A stretch of DNA of 63,048 nucleotides, filler included, from Olpidium bornovanus S191 (GCA_017911155.1; 31 parts of 31 records of this genome joined end to end with filler, not necessarily neighbours in it); one strand, 5' to 3'; shown: positions 48,291-59,890, counted from the whole stretch's first letter. Notes: generated by a model from the letters alone, not told the origin. Program-made: numbers and translations.

Positions 48291-50681
48291 CCATGGCAAA
48301 CGCCCTCACCTCGTTTTTGAGGTCACGGACCTCCGCGTTTTTCTCTAGAGCTTCACTGAATGCTTTTAGCGTCTTGGCCGCGCAGCTCTCCTGCACTTTC
48401 AGGCCGATCTGGACAGCTCGGTGCAGGAACTGGGCAACGTGCTCAAAGTCTCTTTCCTTGAACGAACGGGACGTGAGCGCGGAGGACCCTAGGCGCACGC
48501 CGCCCGGATTCATGGCGGATACGTCGTTGTTGACAGCGTTTTTGTTGACGGTGATGCTTTGAACGGGCCAAAGAGTTCGAGGGCGCTGTCATGAGACAAA
48601 ATTGTGATGCCGCCTGCGATAAACCCACACCCGGCTGTACGTACTGAACGGCGTCGCAAATTTTCTCCATCTTGCTTCCGGTGAATTTCTGGGGCCGGAG
48701 GTCCCACAGGATAAGATGGTTGTCGGTTCCGCCTGTCACCATCGTGTAACCGTAGGCGGTAAGCGTCTCAGCAAGCTTGCGGGAATTCTTCTTGACCTGA
48801 ATGCAGTATTTCTTAAACTCCGAGTCTGCCGCCTGCTTTAGTGCCACTGCGATGGCGCCGATAGTGTTATTATGCGGACCGCCCTGGCAAGTCGGAAACA
48901 CTGCGCAGTCTACGCGGGCCTCCAGGTCTGTCGCCGTTCCATCCGATTTTCTCTTGCGGAAAAAAATCATCCCTGCGCGAGGACCGCGCAGCGTCTGCAC
49001 AGCAGCCAACCGGTGCAGATGATAGCATGGTACTGAGCCAGAGACATAAACTGACAGGCACAACAAAAAGCAATATTTTCAAACCTTATGAGTTGTGGTT
49101 GTGACGACATCGCAAATCTCGAACGGATTAGCGGCCTCCTGACCAGCAATAAGGCCGCTGATATGCGCCATATCGCACAAGAGGTAGGCGCCGTGTTGAT
49201 CCGCTATCTGCGTCATGGAAATGATTAATAACTAAGAACGTGCTGCTGCAAAAACAGAGTATCCCTTAGGAGACGATCTACCTTCCGCAATCGCGCATAG
49301 TCCCATTCTCGTGAGTAGGCGCTCGCGCCGCAAACTAGAAGCTTGGGACGAAACAGCGTGGCGTTCTGTTCGAGGCGGTCGTAATCAATATAGCCGGTTT
49401 TTTGGTCCAATTGATACGGCATGGACTCGAAAAAGATGGATGACGCGGAAATTTTCTTTTTGGCCGTCCGATAACCGTGCGTAAGGCTACGGAATAATGC
49501 CTCGAATTAGCGCCGGAACAGGCCAATCACGCCGTACTAAAAATCGGACAACTCACTGTCCGCCAGAAGGCAGATCCAGACCCATCAATCGATCATGCGG
49601 ATTGAGGAGGGCGGTGAAGGCGGCGAAATTCGCAGGGGACCCTTTCCAAGACACATTTCAGCGTTGCAAGAGCCCAAAAAGTTGCATAAGCAAGGTTCTG
49701 TACGCTAGGCGTGCGGTACCAGAGTATGGTTGTACATTTACGCCCCACTCCTCGGAATTGAGACGAAATGCCTGAAGCGCTCGACGGCGGCACAAATTCT
49801 CCAGCTGATCAATAATCTCGTTGCCGCCGTAATATCTGGCGCCAGGTAGCCCTTAGAGCCAAAACCGGCAGTTAATGACAATTACAGGTACGGAGAAAGG
49901 TCAGCAGCACTCAGGGGCCGCTACCTTCTGAGTACTTATTTGTTAACGCCGACCCGTTGGCTTCCATAACAGCTTGCGACGTAAAATTCTGGGATGTTTC
50001 GTTGGCTTCTCATCAGCAAATTTGCCATTGGCTTGGAAAAGGTACTTATTGACAACTAGGATCACCTCCGAAGCAATCAACTCCAGACCCGAGTACTGAC
50101 GGTACATTTCGCGCTGGACTAGCGCATAGACCTCGGGATCCTCCTGGTTCAACGGTGCGTTAAGGCACGCGTTCTGCAGATGCAGCAGCCGGTCGCCGTC
50201 GGGCATCACACAATAATAACGAAGTTCCAAAGGCCGGGTAGGGAAGGGAGGAAATTCAACGTCTTCCACCACCAAAAAATTTGACAACCGTGAAATCCGT
50301 AGCAGGCACTACGGCGATTCTGTAACACAGCGACGGCACTCAAAAGGCTTCTCGCCTTACCCACGAATCCGGAGTCTTCCGTGCACTTGTCGCGGCTCTC
50401 GCCGTCCCGTGAAATTGCCGGGCCGCAAGCTGCGTATATGCAAGTTAGGAGCAAGCGTGTTCGAGCTACTCAGTCATAAGCCGTTGGAAAGGCGGACAAC
50501 CTGATGGTGGTGACTCAAGACGGAGCGTGGACAAGGTAGCAACGCGTTAACCGCGCCAAACCGTGCAGAAGCAGCGGACGTACCTCGAAAGCTGACAAGT
50601 TTATTTTCTGCATAAAACGCGGAGAGGCGAGGGGGCCAAGAGCAAAAAGGGGGGGGGGGGGGGGGGGGGGGGGGAGGGGAG

Positions 50682-50717
<36 letters not shown>

Positions 50718-50923
50718 TTAGAAGACCCACGAACAGCACGCTGCCTTCCGCGGAGACGGGAGGAGATACTCGGACACGGCGTGCGCGGCGAAGAAGGCAG
50801 TCCAAAGCGTGTCGCCGAACCGACCTGCAGCTCGAGCCGCCCGGCGACGGCAGCGCGCGCGGGCGCGGCAGACGCGGCCGCACGCGAGCCGGGCCTGCGA
50901 AGGCAGTAGACCAGGCCTCTCAT
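48291..50923 (-). CDS. SHMT: Serine hydroxymethyltransferase, multi-exon, 3' truncated
   Basis: [57 protein letters not shown] (PLP lysine), [13 protein letters not shown] and [13 protein letters not shown]. The upstream presequence exons (50825-50923, 50361-50429) are inferred. The core from 50173 is firm. Confidence 0.93.
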
Positions 50924-51597
50924 CCCGTCGGCTTTTCTGGTGGCGCGTGTGTGCGGCGGCTCCTCTGGTGGCGTGTGAAAAAGATCGTGTGGCGTGGGGG
51001 AAAAGAGTTTGTGCGAAAGCGTCGTTCTCTTCCTCTCTCTCTCTCTCTCATACCGGCCGGGGCGCCACACAATTTTTTTTTTTTTTTTTTTCCCCCCCTC
51101 TCTGCAATCACCCGGTAAGAAATGTAATAACAACAAGAGGCCCGAAACAAGGCCGGCCGGCTGCAGCACTGGGCGGCACTGCAACGTGTGCGCTGCGGAA
51201 TTGCCGGCTGTTGCGGAACAAAACCACAGCAGCCGCACGCAACTGGCCGGGCGATCCGCATTGCAAGACTCCAAACGCATGCACGCCGCATACTACCTCT
51301 GCCGTTTGAAAGGCCGCGGTGGTCGCCGGAGTGCAAAAAAAAACCCCCCACACCGCATCTGCCCGCCCGCCCCGCGGATCCCCGGAAGGTCAGACTTCCG
51401 TGGTCCTCGGGCGGATGAAGAACCGCGGCTGACATTTCGCAAACTCGCCACAAAAAAGCCGGCTGCACGGGGAGGTGCGGGTGGGCAGATAATCACGTGT
51501 GGATTGGTGTGGGCGGGGGGGGTGGGGGGAAGGGGGGGGGGCGGGAGCACATTGCACGCACGCGCACAGGCACGCGGATTATGCTCTGGAATAAGGT

Positions 51598-52000
51598 TCC
51601 TACCCGTACCCAAAACCCGTTACCCGCGGGTTCGGGTACGGGTTTGCGGATTGAGGGTCGGGTATGGGTATGGGTTTACCCGTCTACCCGCAGGTACCCG
51701 CTTGGTAGACGGGTACCCGCTGCGCGGCGGAAAAAAGAAAAATTTCCGTTTCACCCAACACGCAACACTCCTTCACCCAACACACAACACACCAACCTCA
51801 ACAAATCCAACCTGTCACCCATCCATCCCATCCATCCATCCCATCCATCCATCCATCCATCCATCCTCTCCATCCATCGCTGTCATGACAGTGGAAGAAG
51901 TTCTCCCGGATGACAGCATCAGTCAATCTGGCAACCAGCTGAATGGAGTAAGTGCAGTCAGCCTGGGAAAGAGACCGGCAAACGATGACGACAGTGAAGA
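51598..52000 (+). mobile_element. Putative DNA-transposon (hAT-like) 5' end with start of ORF
   Basis: Dense ACCCG/CGGGT motifs in both orientations (51598-51720), a (CATC)n run, then [14 protein letters not shown].. running into the gap. No terminal inverted repeat was identified. Confidence 0.45.
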
Positions 52001-52100
52001 NNNNNNNNNNNNNNNNNNNNNNNNNNNNNNNNNNNNNNNNNNNNTTAATTAATTAANNNNNNNNNNNNNNNNNNNNNNNNNNNNNNNNNNNNNNNNNNNN

Positions 52101-54369
52101 CATGCCTGATGCCGGCTTCCTTCAGGCTGGAGACGACCTCGTTCGCAACATCCAAAGAGGGAACTCCGGCCGCAACGCACACGCCCTCCATCGGGATGCC
52201 TTCCTTTCGCATAGCCTTGACTGCAGGATACTGGAATCCCCAGAGGCGAGGATTAAGAAACAGGATGTTGAGAGTAATGCCCTCCCCTGGAGCGACCAAG
52301 TCCATAATCTTCTTCACCCGATTGCGCAGGTGCTCTTCCGTGTGCTGGCCACCGCCAGCAAGCTCGATGTGGAAACCAGCATTGACCACAGCCGCGACGA
52401 AAGGCTCCTGAACAGTGCAAGGCGTCATTCCGGGTACCATAATCGGAGGTTTTCCGAGAAGGCGGCTGAACGGTGTTTCAACGTGGATCTGGTCGGTGTT
52501 TGCCATCCGAATCAACCTGGGTCGGAACTGGTGATGAATGGCACGCGGAGAGCAGGCGTTAATAAAAACGCACGGGGAGGGGGAAGGTATCCTTTTACAC
52601 GGTTGACCAAAACGCGCACCTGCTCAGACCAGTTCGGAGCGAATTTCACGGAATGTGGGTCTTGGTCGAACAGCGATGATTTGTTCAGCATCTCTGACGG
52701 AACGTCGTCAATGGTGGCAGCGAGGACAACCTGGACTCCAGTGCCTTCCTTGTTCCTGGACGTAAAGAATCCTACACCGGAAGCGCCGCCGGGTCCAAAA
52801 TCAAGGACGTGCGTAAGGCCCTTCGCGTTTGTTGCCTTCTCCCAATATACCGGCAGGAGACAAATCTGCTCGACGAGCGAGGACGTGACGTCCGGTCTCT
52901 TGCGGATATCCTCGCCTGTCAATTGAGAAAGAACGTGAGATTCGGGACGCTTCTCGCAGAAATCGTCCGTTAAAAGCCAAATGACCGAAACACACCAGTG
53001 TAGGTGTTGTACACGCAAATCGCTATTTTCTCGGCATCGAAATTGAGGTTATGACGGATGATGTCCTGCTCCAGTTGCGCCGGTACGTCTTTCAAATAAC
53101 CGCTGTGGAAAGGTACAGCAACGGGCAAGAATCTTGAGGAGAATCGGACTTTCCTCTCCGAGTACGGAACACGGCTTTGGTCCTGTCCGCTTGCTTTGAG
53201 CTTGCGGAGAGAATTGTTCAGACCATAGAGAGACTGCGGCGGGCCGGAAAACACTGCGGAGCGCGGTCCGTTGACCAGGGAAAGGTGGACCCTGCGGTCC
53301 TCGGGCAGAAACGAATTCGTCGAATCCACATGCTTCTGGAGCTCACTGTGACGGATTCCTGATCAGGGTGTAGGACACGCAACAAGCGCTTTTGTTAGGT
53401 CAAAGATTCAAAAAAACATCCGTAATGAGCGCGACAAACAAACAGGGAAAACGTCACCTTGGACGGCCAACATGGGCGTGGGAACACCTTCGTTATTGGC
53501 AAGCGAGTCCTGCAGGATGTTCGGGTCGACAACCGCCTTCCGGCAGGCGCGCTCGGCGCGGAGGCCCAGCCAAAAAAGAAGCACGATAGCTTTCTGGGCG
53601 TTTGCAAAAAACTCCTCTTCGGTCTGCGACGAGGCGATGGCGACCGCCGACACGACGCCCTGGCTGTGGCCCGTAGTGCCGGCAGCGAAGAACTGAGCCA
53701 TCGTGGCAGGGTCTACGCCGAGGACCTTGAAAGTGACGTAATAACACGCAAGCTGGGTTACGCCGATGAGGGGGAGGCTGAGGTGCGTGGACAGCAGCTG
53801 CTCGGTTCCCGGACGCGTCTCGGGCTTCTCCAGCCAGCTCATGAGGTCAATCATCGTGGCGTGCTCGTCCTGCGCCTGCGGCAGCGCCGAGTGATGAGCC
53901 AGGGTGAGCGCGGCCTGGTGTATAAAGGGCTCGACGACGCCTTCATAAGTGCGGAACAATGTCACGAGCTCCTCGACGTACTCCTCGACGTTTCCCTGGC
54001 CGCCGAAAACCGCGAGGAGCTGGACGCGCCCAGCGCGCGCGGCGCCGAACAGGGCGGAGGCCAGCTGCGGCTTGCTGAAACCCACGCCGGACAGCAGGTC
54101 GTGACGATTCAGTGTGGCGAGCGCGAGGTAGTACGTCCGCAGGACTTCGGGCCTGGAGACGGCCGGGATTCCAGCTACGACGGCGTGGATGTCGTTGCCG
54201 TGCAGGAAGCGGGACTCGAGGTGCTGGGTGACGACCGAGACGAGGGGAAGGAAGTCAAAACCGTCGCCGCCCTCGGGAGTCGCCTGCGTGGCCCTCGTGC
54301 GGGCCAGGTCGAGGAACTTGCAGGTGAGCTCGAGCTTCGTGATCTGTCCAGCCAACTCCGCCTCGCTCG
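52101..54369 (-). CDS. FAS1: Fungal type-I fatty acid synthase beta subunit, acetyltransferase to enoyl-reductase region
   Basis: LLAVFGGQGN, TTGHSQG (acetyltransferase serine), LVNGPRSAVFSGPPQSLYGL, THVLDFGPGGASG and PFSRLLGKPPIMVPGMTP..HIELAGGG. Confidence 0.96.
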
Positions 54370-54496
54370 NNNNNNNNNNNNNNNNNNNNNNNNNNNNNNN
54401 NNNNNNNNNNNNNTTAATTAATTAANNNNNNNNNNNNNNNNNNNNNNNNNNNNNNNNNNNNNNNNNNNNCCACGGCCGGAAACGAATCGTTCACAA

Positions 54497-54694
54497 CATC
54501 TCTCCGGCAAGAAACGAATTACGCGCGGCATCTCTCCGGCGAGAAACGAATCACACGCGCGATGCATCTCCGACAAGAAAAAAAATCATGCGCAGCCTCT
54601 CTCCGGCGAGAAATAAATTACGCGCAAACGCGTCTCCGGCGAGAAATGAAATCATGCGCAGCATCTTCTCCGGTGAGAAAAATCATTACGCGCA
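54497..54694. repeat. Tandem repeat, six copies of about 31-36 bp
   Basis: Consensus near CATCTCTCCGGCGAGAAAYGAATYAYGCGC. Confidence 0.85.
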
Positions 54695-54721
54695 ACACCT
54701 GCACAATTCGACGAAACGTAC

Positions 54722-55256
54722 CGATCAGCCCGCCGGCAACGACGTCCTGCCAATGGTGCCTGTAGTCGCAAATCCGAGAAATGGCGACCAGGGCCGCGAC
54801 GATCAGCGGAGTGATGACGACGAAGGGCTTCCAGGTGTGTCCGCGCTTGTCAAACACGTGGAACTTGCCGGCTAAGAACAGCGAGAGAAAGGTCATCGAC
54901 GCGAAGGACGCTGCAGAACATCCAAGCGGGGTCAGTGAGCGAGCCGCGCGGACCCGACTTCCCCCCTCCCCCCCTTTCACCCTCCCCCAAACGCCCGTTT
55001 TGTCTGTTCGGTTTGGCGGACGATAAAAAAAATTGCGTAGAACAAAAAAAAATTACATACTGGAGGCGTGGCCGCTCGGGAAGCTCTTCATGCCGTCCTG
55101 GAAAGTGTAGGTGTCCGACTTCGGGATGCACGCGTTCATAGACGACAACCCGTACATGGGGTCTTGGACGACCGGCGGCGCGGGCTGCGCGCGGTCCAGG
55201 AAATCCGTCCGGAAGCAGCGGTCGAGGAAGTCAGGACGAAGGCGGCCCAGAGTGTT
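54722..55256 (-). CDS. PAP2-family lipid phosphate phosphatase (Dpp1/Lpp1-like), internal fragment
   Basis: All three PAP2 motifs are present: (K)NTLGRLRPDFLDRC, KSFPSGHAS and SRICDYRHHWQDVVAGGLIG. Confidence 0.9.
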
Positions 55257-55688
55257 CTTGGAGCGGGAGGGGCGGGAGGGGGAGGGAAACGCGGGTGAAA
55301 GGGGTTAGAGGCATCTCTTTTCTTTTCTCTTTTTTTTTTCGGGAAAACCGGGCGTCAGGAGATTTCGGCTTCCGCTTTTCTTTTTTTTTTTTTCGAGGAA
55401 ACCGGGCGGCAGGAGATTTCGGCTTCCGGGCACAAAAAGGGCGAGCGCAACTCCCCTTCCTCATTCCCCCCCCCCCTCCCCCCCCCCCCCCCCCCCCCCC
55501 CCGTGGCCAACAGTCTCCTACTCGGCATTTCGTCTCCCCTCCCTGCTAACTCGTCGAATGTACTCGCTTCCTCATGGAAGTACCGCGCNNNNNNNNNNNN
55601 NNNNNNNNNNNNNNNNNNNNNNNNNNNNNNNNTTAATTAATTAANNNNNNNNNNNNNNNNNNNNNNNNNNNNNNNNNNNNNNNNNNNN

Positions 55689-55720
<32 letters not shown>

Positions 55721-56023
55721 CCCCGCTCGCACGCCACGCCGCACGCCACACTCGCTCGCTCGCTCGCCCGCTCCGCTCACGCACGCTCACAACACCAAAG
55801 CGCTCTCGCCGCCCGCCCGTTCCACGTGCGCGGAAACGCCCGCGCCTTGCGGAGGAGACGCGGCCCTTCCGCCGGCTGGAAGAAACCGCCCCCCTCGCGT
55901 CTCCGCTGCCCCCCGAGGAAAAGGGGGGGTGGGGGGTGGAGGTGGGGGAGGCAAGGCAGGAGGAGGAGGAACGCGCGCGCGGGAGAGAGAATAATCCGCT
56001 CGCGTCGCTCTCCTCGACTCGCC

Positions 56024-57056
56024 ATGGCCGCCCCCGAGTCCGAGAAGAGGAGGCACACGCTCGACGTTCCGATACAAGGTGTGCCTGGCCCCCCGCGCAA
56101 CCCTCCCCCCCCCCCCCCCCCCCCCCCCCCCTCCCCCCCTCCTGCTTGAAAGCCTTCGGAGGGAGAGAGAAATGCCGCCGGCCTTGTTCGCGGTTTTTTT
56201 TTTCGCTTGCGCACGCCGGTTGAGAAACGGTGTTTCCGCGCGAACACGCAGAGCGGAAAGAGGTCGTCGAGCTGGATTTGGACAACCTCCCTCAGAATCC
56301 CGCGGAGATCACCGAGTTTTTGGAGCGGGAGAATTCTGATGCCAAGTACTGGACGGCCATCGGGGTTTGTGTTGCGGGAGGGGAACCGCGGGTTCGAGGT
56401 CGGCTCGACGCGGTGCGTCCGAGGGCCGCCCTTGACGTGCTCCTGACGTTGCCGGCCCCGGGCGTGGCTCGGTCTTGGTCGTGGTAACTGCCGCGTGCCA
56501 GATGGAGTATTACGCGAGAAAGCAACTTGACGAGGCAATAGAAGTGCTGGAGTCTGGGTGGAAAACCGCCAAAGGTAACAACGGAATAACGCAAACTCCT
56601 CGCCCGACCCCCTACTGAACGAGCTTCGGTGTTCGCTCCTCGCCGCGAATCTCAACGCGCGTGGAAAAAGACCGCGATCGGGACAAGAGGGCGAAACTGC
56701 GGCTTCTCAACAAGTTGGCGCAGCTCCATCTCCGAAAGGCCAAGGCTGACGCCCAGCGCCGGGAGGAGCAGTTGTCGTATGCTCTCCGTTGCATCAATAA
56801 TGCCGATCATTTGGACCCGACGAACTCCGAAAACTGGATCAGCAAAGGTGCCTTCTCCTCCGAAACCGTCATATCTATTCTTTGGAGTTACCTTTCCCGT
56901 TTGTTTTCAGGTCCACGACGAACGCTGACGGCTGCTTTTTCGCAATTCTATTTTTTTCGCATTTTTCTTTGCCGTTTCGTTCCCTGATTGCGGGTTTCGT
57001 GGAACCTAACGCAAGGCATAATTCTCATCGCTCAGAAGAAGCCGGAGGATGCCATG
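56024..57056 (+). CDS. CTR9: Paf1 complex subunit Ctr9, N-terminal part
   Basis: MAAPESEKRRHTLDVPIQ / EVVELDLDNLPQNPAEITEFLERENSDAKYWTAIG / MEYYARKQLDEAIEVLE / LLNKLAQLHL..A..D..WISKG matches the Ctr9 N-terminal pattern. Confidence 0.82.
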
Positions 57057-57156
57057 NNNNNNNNNNNNNNNNNNNNNNNNNNNNNNNNNNNNNNNNNNNN
57101 TTAATTAATTAANNNNNNNNNNNNNNNNNNNNNNNNNNNNNNNNNNNNNNNNNNNN

Positions 57157-58660
57157 CATGCCAAGAACCGTAGATTCGCTATCAAGACCCATCGGTCTGA
57201 CCACGGAGGCAAATTCCTAGGGGAGGCGTATCAAGCAGCACTGCGAAGTAACGGCATCCGCATTGAAACATCAGTGCGGGAAGCCCCTCAACAGGACGGT
57301 GTCACTGAACGCATCAACCGGACCCTCCTAGACCGCGCAAGATCAACCATGGTGGCCGCAAACCTACCCGCCCGCCTGTGGGACGAAGTGTCGGGGTCAA
57401 TGGTCTACCTCTACAATTGATCCCCGCACACACACCTCGGCGGAGGGATCCCGCACCTCGCCTTCCACAGGAAGGAAGAAGCCCATCAACGCCGACCACC
57501 TGCGCGTCATAGGTAGCACTGACGCGGTCGGTTGACGCGGTCGGTTGACGCGGTCGGTTGACGCGGTCGGTCACTCTCCTTTGTATTGTTTTTGGCTCTC
57601 GTCTGGTTAAAGAAAAAGGGGAGGTTGAAAAGGTGTACGCGGGGCGAACTAGAACTACGACAAGCACCGCCAACGCACACATACTCAGGGAAGACATGGA
57701 CACCTCGACAATGTGCAAGGTGGCCCCAACCGCACAAAAGCTCATCACGGCCGGTTACTCCTCCACTAGCAAAGCATACCAACTCTGGAATCCCAAAACG
57801 GATGAGATCATCGAGCTGTATGACATTACCATGGACAAAAATCAAATGTGCAATCCCGCTGACTTCGATCTCTCGAGGGACTGCTTGCCTCCAGGCGTGG
57901 AATTCGCAGAAGCCCCCACGGGAACATCTACAGAACACAAGATTGCTAAAATTCTGACGTACCAATCCAAGGCCGGCGGGGCCCTCCTTGACAAAGTTAA
58001 ATGGACCGATGGATCAGCAATGTGGGAACCAATTGACTCCCCCCCCCTGCTTGAGAAGGAAGAGATGGTCAAAGAATTCTGTCTCGTGTAAAGCATCAAA
58101 ATACCAGAGGAAGTACGGATTACAGCAATGCTGGCTGAAGTATTAAGGAACCCATCCACGTACCACGATGCCATGAAAAGATCTGAAGCTGTGCACTGGC
58201 AAGAAGCGATGAAAAAAGAAATCGACACGCTCCAAAGCTTCCCTGCCTGGGAGCTCGTCCAGTGGCCATACCCCAGTACCAAGGGTCTGCGATGATGCTG
58301 GGTATACAAAGAATGCAGAGTCACGCGGGCATCTACCACGGGCGTAGTCATACAGTACGCAGGGGGACCAGTATCATGGAGATCCGCAAAGCAACAATGT
58401 GTAGCTACATCACCATGTGAGGCAGAGTTTATAGCCGGATCAGCGGCTGCGCAAGAAGTCCGATGGTTGTGTGCAAATTATCAACGAGATCGAACCGCTG
58501 ACTGTCGCCAAGCCGGCCGTATTAAAGATTGATAACACGGGTGCCGCGGAACTAGCCATGGATTAAAATAAAATGTCGAAGAAGTCAAAGCACATAGATA
58601 TCCGGTTTGGCCACCTCCGTTGGTGCGTGACAGAAGGTAGCATTGTCATCCAGAGCGTGT
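57157..58660 (+). mobile_element. Ty1/copia retrotransposon pseudogene (integrase, SH3-like, chromo-like, RT start, RNase H; RT core deleted)
   Basis: IKTHRSDHGGKF..APQQDGVTERINRTLLDRARSTM..LW (integrase), GYSSTSKAYQLWNP (SH3-like), PSTYHDAM..WQEAMKKEIDTL..WELV (RT start), GPVSWRSAKQQCVATSPCEAEF..IDN..SKHIDIR (copia RNase H). Several stops and a frameshift. Confidence 0.92.
57520..57662. mobile_element. 143-bp solo-LTR-like insertion
   Basis: Begins TG, ends CA and is flanked by AGCAC at 57515-57519 and 57663-57667. It contains four copies of TGACGCGGTCGGT. Removing it restores HLRVIGSTANAHI. Confidence 0.75.
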
Positions 58661-59764
58661 AAAAAGAACCTCCTCCCCTTGCCCCTCCCCCCCCCCCCCC
58701 CCCCTTCTTTTTTTTTCCCCCCCCCCCCCCCGCCCCCCCCCCCCCCCCCCCTCCCCCCCCCCTTGATCTTTTTTTTTTTTGTCTCGGTGGGCGGGGTGGG
58801 CGGGAGAAACTTGTCGGGTATCTTCCATTTCTGCGGGAGTCGCGCGCGCATAAAGACTTCTCCTGTCCGTCCCCGCGNNNNNNNNNNNNNNNNNNNNNNN
58901 NNNNNNNNNNNNNNNNNNNNNTTAATTAATTAANNNNNNNNNNNNNNNNNNNNNNNNNNNNNNNNNNNNNNNNNNNNCATGATAGACGGCAAAATAAAAC
59001 GACGGTTTTACCTGTCATATTTCAATTACACTTATCATCCTCTCTAACATCTTATTTCGAGATTTCTACATTCTAGTCCCGCATCCTGTCTGGTAACCGC
59101 CAGTCAGTGATGCCCGAGGCCCTATCGTCATCCTCACCCGGAACCGCGGGGAGGCGGAAGTAACGTGACGTCACCTCGGCAGCCGCTGAATGCCGGAGCT
59201 CATGAGGGCTGTATTCGACATCTTGCCGTGGGGCTTCTGTCAAATCACTTGGAATTCAACCGGTGGTGATTTTTGAGGACCCGCGCGTACCTCATTTTCG
59301 TTACGGGTTTGCATCGCCAACACACCTCGTACACGTGGGAACCACTCCAAAGGAGCAGCGGTCACCACGGTCGCGGTTCACAAAAAAACCAGCGTGATAC
59401 TTATTTCGACCGGACTCGGGTTCCTCAAAACGCTTTCACGTCAAATCATATTAGGTTACGGAGAAGTTTTGAAGGCTCGGACCGCTTTCCGGCGCGCTTC
59501 GGCCAAATCCTGGCCCCACTTTTGAAACTGATTCCGTGCACGGAACCACGCACGGCCCGCAGTTTTGCGCGATTCCATCGCCGAAAACACGGCCGAGAGC
59601 GTTAACCGGACCTGCCCGGACGCTTTGCTGCTGCCGCTTTTTCGGTCTTCGGGGAGCCCTGCTGTGGCGGGGATCAAGTAACTCCCCCGTGCCCCCAGAT
59701 TTGTGCCCTCTGTTTTACAGGGGGACTGCAATCACGCGCGGTACAGAAGGTTCGTCTGCATCAA

Positions 59765-59890
59765 ATTCCGCGAATTCTGCGAATCCCACCCGCCCCGGAA
59801 TTTTGCGAGCACCGACCCCGCGAATTCTGCGCACCCGCAAAATTCTGTTGATCCCGATCCCGCGGATTCTGCGAATTCCGGTCCGCGGGC
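59765..59890. repeat. Cluster of CGCGAATTCTGCG-like motifs
   Basis: About 5-6 degenerate copies at irregular spacing. Confidence 0.7.

Noticed and set aside
54497-54694. CRISPR-like arrays here and at 10261-10478
   Set aside because: The inter-repeat segments are homologous to one another rather than unique spacers, there are no cas genes, and the context is eukaryotic.
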